A DNA stretch of 38,766 bases from Microgenomates group bacterium RIFCSPHIGHO2_01_FULL_45_11 (lineage in GTDB: Bacteria > Patescibacteriota > Microgenomatia > UBA1400 > 2-01-FULL-45-11): positions 17,310 to 56,075 of the forward strand of contig MHDE01000005.1 of assembly GCA_001803465.1 (NCBI GenBank), written 5' to 3'. The notes below the pieces were generated by a model. The model saw only the letters and a list, made by a program, of their open reading frames with translations. It had not been told where the DNA came from and did not search any database. Shown here in pieces: positions 34,423 to 38,766 of the stretch (position 1 is its first letter; each line of letters opens with the position of its first letter). A program made the position numbers and the translations under genes.

Positions 34423-35631
34423 TTACGCGGCTGTTAGTAGCCGAACAACATCAGCTGATTTTAGGAGTTTCTCTTCTCCGGTTTTCATGTCTTTGAGTTT
34501 GACTACATTACTCTTTGCTTCATCTGGGCCGATGACAACGACATACGGAATGCCTTTTCTGTCTGCATATTTGAGTTGTTTGCCCAATTTGTCGGCAATG
34601 GGATAGAGTTCGGTGTTAATTCCGGCCTGGCGTAATTGTTTTGCCACCTGCAAAGTTTGGTCTTGTAGGTCGTTGGAAAAGAAAATGACGAGCACTCGGC
34701 TTACCGACCGAGAAGGGATAAGACCGAACTGGTCAGCAGCTTCTACGGTGCGGTCAAAGCCGTAGGCGATACCGGTGGCAGGTATGTCCTGCCCCGTCAG
34801 ACGCTGCATCATGCCATCATAGCGTTCCCCGCCGCCGACAGATCCGACGGTATAGTCTTCGATGACAATTTCCCATATCGGCCCTTGGGAATAGGAGAAT
34901 GAACGGGCCAGTGTCGGTTCAAAGCGGTAAAACTCTTTCGAAAAGCCAGCATTTTCCAGATACGAGGTGATTATTCGTATTGTTTCGTCTGGCTTGATGT
35001 TTTGGATATAATCCAAATATTTTACTGCCTGATTTTTATCAATGCCTTTATCTACCATATCGGTGATAACTCCCTGCCGGCCAATTTTTTTAAGTTTGTC
35101 AATGGCAACAATAGCGGGGTAGGGGATGTCTTTCATGAGATCGCGGTTATTAAAGACTATTATCGGTTTTTTGAAGCCAATTTTTAAGTAAGTATCGAGG
35201 TTAACGGCCATTACTTCGGCGTCAGCAGTCGGATCTTTGAATCCAAAAATATCGACATCAAATTGGGTGAATTCCCGGTATCTGCCTTTTTGAGGTTTTT
35301 CCGCCCGGAAGACATTTTGGAATTGGTAACGGCGGAAGGGGAAAACGATCTTATTTAGGTTATTGCCGACAAAACGGCAGGTAGGAACGGTTTGGTCGTA
35401 GCGCAAAGCCACGTTACGACCACCCTGATCTTCAAACTTGAAGAAGAGTTTTTCATCTTCACCTATTTCACCTTCAAACAATCCCAGCGGTTCCAAGGTT
35501 GGGGTCTCGATGGGTTCGTATCCGAAGGATTCGGCGACTTCTACCATAATGTTTTTAACCCATTGGCGTTTTTTGGCATCATCTGGCAAAAGGTCCCTAA
35601 AGCCTTTGAGCGGCTGAATAGTTTTCTTCAT
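34423..35631 (-). CDS. hisS: Histidyl-tRNA synthetase
   Basis: It begins PLKGFRDLLP, carries class II motifs (RYDQTVP, FRAEKPQKGRYREFTQ, GGGERYD) and ends in an anticodon-binding domain. Confidence 0.93.
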   Translation of the reverse strand: MKKTIQPLKGFRDLLPDDAKKRQWVKNIMVEVAESFGYEPIETPTLEPLGLFEGEIGEDEKLFFKFEDQGGRNVALRYDQTVPTCRFVGNNLNKIVFPFRRYQFQNVFRAEKPQKGRYREFTQFDVDIFGFKDPTADAEVMAVNLDTYLKIGFKKPIIVFNNRDLMKDIPYPAIVAIDKLKKIGRQGVITDMVDKGIDKNQAVKYLDYIQNIKPDETIRIITSYLENAGFSKEFYRFEPTLARSFSYSQGPIWEIVIEDYTVGSVGGGERYDGMMQRLTGQDIPATGIAYGFDRTVEAADQFGLIPSRSVSRVLVIFFSNDLQDQTLQVAKQLRQAGINTELYPIADKLGKQLKYADRKGIPYVVVIGPDEAKSNVVKLKDMKTGEEKLLKSADVVRLLTAA

Positions 35632-35686
35632 TTCGTTCCTTTCACTTAGATACTTGTTAGTTTAACATTGTTTCTTGTCAAGAGTA

Positions 35687-35720
35687 GGGGATAACCGGCC
35701 GTACGCGCCGGTATATCCCC
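35687..35720 (-). terminator. Strong 13-bp hairpin after the 147-aa ORF (no U-tract)
   Basis: On the minus strand the sequence is ggggatat-accggc-gcgtacg-gccggt-tatcccc. It is followed by a perfect TTGACA (plus-strand 35676-35681) upstream of hisS. Confidence 0.4.
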
Positions 35721-35726
35721 GTATCA

Positions 35727-36170
35727 TTAGTGAATGCCCACGAAATCATTAGGGGCATTGATCCAGTCAAGTCCGTTAGCAAAGTCCTTATCAATCAGAG
35801 CATACCCCGGGCGTTCTCCAACCACAAATTGAATATCCTCACTATCAGCAGGCGTTGATAGATATTCCAGTGGTTGATCGGGTACATAAGGTCTTAACTT
35901 CAAACCACTTCCAGGTATTAAGGTTTGGGCAGCTATTTCCGGAAACTGTCTCGTTAGAACATTAACTGTTTCTTGAGAGACATAAAGCCTGCCCTTACCG
36001 TTGGCCAAGGCCAGGGCATCGGGTAGGGTATTGAGTGATTCGTCCCAATAGATATTAACCGGCCGGTTTGCCCATCTTGTCAGGACAGAGACTTTTAGCA
36101 CAGCGGTTGTCTGCCTTAACCCAGGTTCTTCAGGGTTCGGCAACCGATCAATTGTCTCAATCTTTTTCAT
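35727..36170 (-). CDS. Hypothetical protein (147 aa)
   Basis: ATG 36170 lies 8 nt after the SD gaaaggaggtga. The ORF-track GTG start at 36179 falls inside that SD. I recognise no family. Confidence 0.6.
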   Translation of the reverse strand: MKKIETIDRLPNPEEPGLRQTTAVLKVSVLTRWANRPVNIYWDESLNTLPDALALANGKGRLYVSQETVNVLTRQFPEIAAQTLIPGSGLKLRPYVPDQPLEYLSTPADSEDIQFVVGERPGYALIDKDFANGLDWINAPNDFVGIH

Positions 36171-36230
36171 TTCATTCACCTCCTTTCTCTCAAGTAAGGA
36201 ACTTCCTTACAAGGATGGTCCTTGTTAGAT

Positions 36231-36443
36231 TTATAAATCGGCAGCTACCCCGGCATCGCTATCGTCTCTTGGTTGCTCGGCGGATAATTGAGAAACGACG
36301 GTAAGTGCCGCCAGTTCTTCAGGCTTTAGTAATTCGCCCAAAGCCCCGGCACCTTCATCGTCTCTGGCTTGGAAAGCTTTGCCAGTCGTTGGATCAACGG
36401 CCAGCTTGATTACGCTGCTCATTGCTTCTTGTTCATTGTTCAT
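36231..36443 (-). CDS. Hypothetical acidic small protein (70 aa)
   Basis: It is preceded by the same strong SD, gaaaggaggtga. I recognise no family. Confidence 0.55.
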   Translation of the reverse strand: MNNEQEAMSSVIKLAVDPTTGKAFQARDDEGAGALGELLKPEELAALTVVSQLSAEQPRDDSDAGVAADL

Positions 36444-36598
36444 TACGGCTCACCTCCTTTCTTCTATCATGGTTGCTAAAAAGCAAAAAACTGTACAATC
36501 CGTCCTTCGTAGCTCGGCCTGGCACTAACTGCTTATTCAGTCGTATTGCCAGCCGGTTACTACGGAGGATTATGCGCTATCAGAATCTTAAGGTGCAC

Positions 36599-36623
36599 AA
36601 AAAAACCTCCGGTTACGGAGGTT
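36599..36623 (-). terminator. Intrinsic terminator, candidate attenuator
   Basis: On the minus strand the sequence is aacctccg-taac-cggaggtt followed by U7 (plus-strand A-run 36599-36605). Confidence 0.65.
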
Positions 36624-36649
36624 GTCACTGCCTGTTAAATTATTAGAAT

Positions 36650-36724
36650 TCAGCCACTACAAACCACAACCTCCGCTCGAAGGTCGTGATGATGAACGTT
36701 GGCATTACTACGAAGTCGATTCAT
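36650..36724 (-). CDS. Candidate 24-codon leader peptide MNRLRSNANVHHHDLRAEVVVCSG*
   Basis: ATG is at 36724-36722. Three consecutive His codons (CAT CAT CAC) lie at 36694-36686, and TGA at 36652-36650. There is no SD, so the mRNA would have to be leaderless from the predicted promoter. Confidence 0.3.
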   Translation of the reverse strand: MNRLRSNANVHHHDLRAEVVVCSG

Positions 36725-36732
36725 AAGTTGCA

Positions 36733-36761
36733 ATGTTACCAGTCCTAAATAATTCTGTCAA
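36733..36761 (-). promoter_or_regulatory. Candidate promoter (perfect TTGACA, 17-nt spacer, TAACAT)
   Basis: On the minus strand, ttgaca is at 36761-36756 and taacat at 36738-36733. The predicted TSS is about 36727-36725, essentially at the leader ATG. Confidence 0.35.
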
Positions 36762-36793
36762 CTTAACAACACGTCAGTAACTTTTTGAATGAT

Positions 36794-37060
36794 TTATGCG
36801 CTCGGGTATAGAGATTCAGTCGCCAATCGTAAGGCAAAGTTTTGCTCACTACCATCAAGAGCTGAAAACCCCTGGACGTTGTTACTGACTAAATTCAAAA
36901 TTCTTACGCCTAGCTTTATAGTGTAATCCGAATTCTGGAAAGTTCTGTCGGCAAGCGCAGTCGCAATCGCACCAACTTGTACCACCGCCAATAATTCTGG
37001 GTCTGACGCCACTGCCTGGAGTCGACCAGCAGCTTCTAGAGCTTGTTCCTGGCTTAACAT
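36794..37060 (-). CDS. Hypothetical small protein (88 aa)
   Basis: An SD (ggag) lies 7 nt upstream of the ATG. The sequence is Ala/Leu-rich and probably helical. Confidence 0.5.
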   Translation of the reverse strand: MLSQEQALEAAGRLQAVASDPELLAVVQVGAIATALADRTFQNSDYTIKLGVRILNLVSNNVQGFSALDGSEQNFALRLATESLYPSA

Positions 37061-37115
37061 ATAAGCTCCACATCAATTACTATGGGGTGAATTTAACCAG
37101 AGACAGAGTCAAAAG

Positions 37116-37322
37116 TCAATCAGTTGGCGCTAACCCCTCATTAGACAGCGCTTGGCTCAATTGGGATAAGACTACCGCAACATCCAGGGAGTCGTACTCA
37201 CCATCAGAATCTTCAACCGCTGACACCCAAATAGGCTGACTCAACTCAATTTCATCGGGATCAACCAAAATCACTCTCTGTCCCTCTGTTCCGACTATTA
37301 GGATGTTGTTTTTGTCAGACAT
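37116..37322 (-). CDS. Hypothetical acidic small protein (68 aa)
   Basis: An SD (ggagag) lies upstream of the ATG. I recognise no family. Confidence 0.5.
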   Translation of the reverse strand: MSDKNNILIVGTEGQRVILVDPDEIELSQPIWVSAVEDSDGEYDSLDVAVVLSQLSQALSNEGLAPTD

Positions 37323-37389
37323 AATCTCTCCAGAATTTCTGATAATGGTTGACGTATATCAAACTCAAAGGGTCATGTGCAAATCGAAA

Positions 37390-38463
37390 TTAACTGGTGA
37401 GCGTACGAAAACCTCTATTAGTAATCATTATAGTGTTCTCAAATCTATAGCCAAATTTTCCGGGAATATAGACTCCGGGCTCAACGGTTACTACCATGCC
37501 AGAGACAAGTTTAGTCGAGTCCCTTGCCGAAAGCGATGGGTCTTCGTGGATAGATAAGCCGATGCCGTGGCCGGTATTGTGGATAAAATTATCTCCAAAG
37601 CCAGCTTGGCTAATGACTTTACGCGCCGCCGCATCTACTTTAGCTGCTGTCGTTTTACCATTGGCTAGGGTAGTTAAAGCCGTTCGATACGCCTGTTTCA
37701 CTATTATCTCAACCCGTCTAAACTCCGGGGTAGGGGAGCCAGCCCAAAAAATGGTCCGGGTCATATCGCTACAGTAGTCATTAACCTTGGCGCCCAGGTC
37801 AATCAACACCACTTCATTTTGCTTCAGTCTCCGCCCCGTCGGCACCTGGTGGGGGACAGCACTATGGCTGCCAAAAGCCACAATCGGCGGGAAAGACATT
37901 TCATTAGCTCCGGCCTGTAGCATTAGCTGGCTAATAGCATGAGCTACCGCTGTCTCCGTTACCCCCTCTCTTAGGTTGGCAATAGCCTGTTTCATCACTA
38001 AACTGGCAATTTTGGCCGACCGTTTAAGCCACTTTTGCTCGGTGGCATCTTTGACCAGCCTTAAATTTTCTACTCGCCTTTGACCATCAACCAGGGTAAT
38101 GCCTTTAAGCCGCGTCTTTAGCTGCCTGAATTCTTGAATAGTTAAATCAGTCTCTTCTACCGCCAACGTCTTAACGCCCAATTCTTTTATAAACTCGCTG
38201 ACCGTTTTTTTGGAGCTAAACTGTCTCTTTCTAAGCCTAAGTTTAGGTTTAAGTTGAGACAGGGGAGAGGCGAGCAGCAGTTCAATTTTCGGCGCTACCA
38301 ATAAATACGCTTGACGATCCGCCACCGCCTCGCCCGTAAGACCAGTAAGGTAGACAATATTTTCCTTAGAGGAAATAAGCCAGCCGGCCGTATCGACTTT
38401 CCTTAATAGTCGTCGCAACCGGGACAGCCGAACCGCTTGTGGTGAGTGCAGTCGCCCCAACAT
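37390..38463 (-). CDS. pepP: M24-family Xaa-Pro aminopeptidase/dipeptidase
   Basis: The metal-ligand context is DLGAKVNDYCSDMTRT, HGIGLSIHE and VEPGVYIPGKFGYRFEN. The start is taken at ATG 38463, 1 nt after the stop of the upstream ORF. Confidence 0.88.
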   Translation of the reverse strand: MLGRLHSPQAVRLSRLRRLLRKVDTAGWLISSKENIVYLTGLTGEAVADRQAYLLVAPKIELLLASPLSQLKPKLRLRKRQFSSKKTVSEFIKELGVKTLAVEETDLTIQEFRQLKTRLKGITLVDGQRRVENLRLVKDATEQKWLKRSAKIASLVMKQAIANLREGVTETAVAHAISQLMLQAGANEMSFPPIVAFGSHSAVPHQVPTGRRLKQNEVVLIDLGAKVNDYCSDMTRTIFWAGSPTPEFRRVEIIVKQAYRTALTTLANGKTTAAKVDAAARKVISQAGFGDNFIHNTGHGIGLSIHEDPSLSARDSTKLVSGMVVTVEPGVYIPGKFGYRFENTIMITNRGFRTLTS

Positions 38464-38464
38464 C

Positions 38465-38755
38465 TTACTCGTCTTCTGTCTCTGCCACTTCGGGAAGGGT
38501 TTCCACATCGCTATCGGCCAGAATTACCAGCGCCGTGTCTACTTTTGTTTTAGCCGCTGCCGCCGGCATATAAATCACTAACAGAGTTTGCCCCTCTACC
38601 AAGACGTCAGCCTCCACCGTAGTTAACTCTCCGTCTTGTTTTAGTTGAATCTCGGTTGTTTTGGAAAGTGTCACGGTTAGCTCCGAACCGTCAGCCAAAA
38701 GTATGGTCAGTTCGTCATCGTCAAGGTTTATAAGCTTAATTCGGCCAAACCCCAC
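38465..38755 (-). CDS. Hypothetical acidic small protein (96 aa or longer; the 5' end may lie outside the window)
   Basis: The ORF is tightly coupled to pepP (TAA-g-ATG). Its GTG start lies 12 nt from the window edge, so the N-terminus is uncertain. Confidence 0.4.
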   Translation of the reverse strand: MGFGRIKLINLDDDELTILLADGSELTVTLSKTTEIQLKQDGELTTVEADVLVEGQTLLVIYMPAAAAKTKVDTALVILADSDVETLPEVAETEDE

Positions 38756-38766
38756 CTTTTTCGCTG

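Noticed and set aside
36503-36569. Long imperfect hairpin in the 5' UTR of the 70-aa gene as an SRP or 6S-like RNA
   Set aside because: Its apex lacks GNRA or GGAA and the conserved SRP loops. One stem position is a C-A mismatch on the coding (minus) strand but G-U on the plus strand, so strand and function are ambiguous. One arm (cctccgtagtaaccgg) partially duplicates the attenuator terminator (cctccgtaaccgg). I note it here but do not call it as a gene.
36794-37060. Nif11/NHLP-type RiPP leader in the 88-aa (and 70-aa) ORFs
   Set aside because: The resemblance is limited to MLSQEQ...SDPEL. There is no Gly-Gly cleavage motif with a Cys/Ser/Thr-rich core, and no maturase or transporter genes nearby. 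It is too weak to claim.
1-38766. Alternative genetic code (TGA or TAG recoding), tRNA/tmRNA/RNase P/SRP RNA genes, and mobile elements
   Set aside because: All three stop codons terminate conserved genes at the expected lengths. I found no GGTTCGAxTCC-type T-arms, no RNase P GGAAAGTCC box, no tmRNA ends and no SRP helix-8 motif by eye. No transposase or integrase ORFs are present. A covariance-model scan would be needed to exclude small RNAs rigorously.

Overview
This 38.8-kb window is a gene-dense, mostly housekeeping stretch of a small-genome bacterium. Its gene content fits Patescibacteria/CPR-type genomes: a short EF-Ts and RF1, a ProRS without an editing domain, a soluble TraD-like ATPase and many small orphan ORFs. 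That taxonomic placement is inference only. The standard genetic code applies: TGA, TAA and TAG all end conserved genes, and none has an in-frame stop. I call about 50 CDS. They include rpsB-tsf-frr, rseP, proS, rpsU, ybeY, dnaX, ybaB, recR, cysS, rpsF-ssb-rpsR, ctpA/htrA proteases, prfA, rpmE, hisS and pepP, plus a thymidylate-cycle set (tmk, folD, glyA, folA-like, thyA). I could not recognise any rRNA, tRNA, tmRNA, CRISPR array, transposase or integrase. Six things deserve a second look. (1) A nucleoside-2-deoxyribosyltransferase (NDT)-like domain occurs three times. One copy is fused to Tmk. Two are paralogs carrying a conserved C-terminal ribbon-helix-helix-like tail; they bracket a PfkB kinase and follow a SAM methyltransferase (20036-23131). 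Part of that module is compositionally foreign. (2) A soluble TraD/VirD4-like ATPase has an unassignable N-terminal domain and follows three orphan ORFs (1502-5235). (3) A candidate His-codon leader-peptide attenuator (promoter, 24-codon ORF with CAT-CAT-CAC, mutually exclusive 1:2 / 2:3 / 3:4 helices, U-tract) sits upstream of two orphan genes and hisS (36599-36761, minus strand). (4) Seven back-to-back short hairpins with different but self-complementary stems lie in a 636-nt non-coding gap (27551-27724), and copies of one hairpin are dispersed elsewhere. (5) The ctpA start region is tandemly duplicated, creating mini-ORFs. (6) ThyA carries a 33-aa lysine-rich tail beyond its normally terminal ...KAPIAV. 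All functional assignments rest on motifs read by eye. No database search or folding computation was run.
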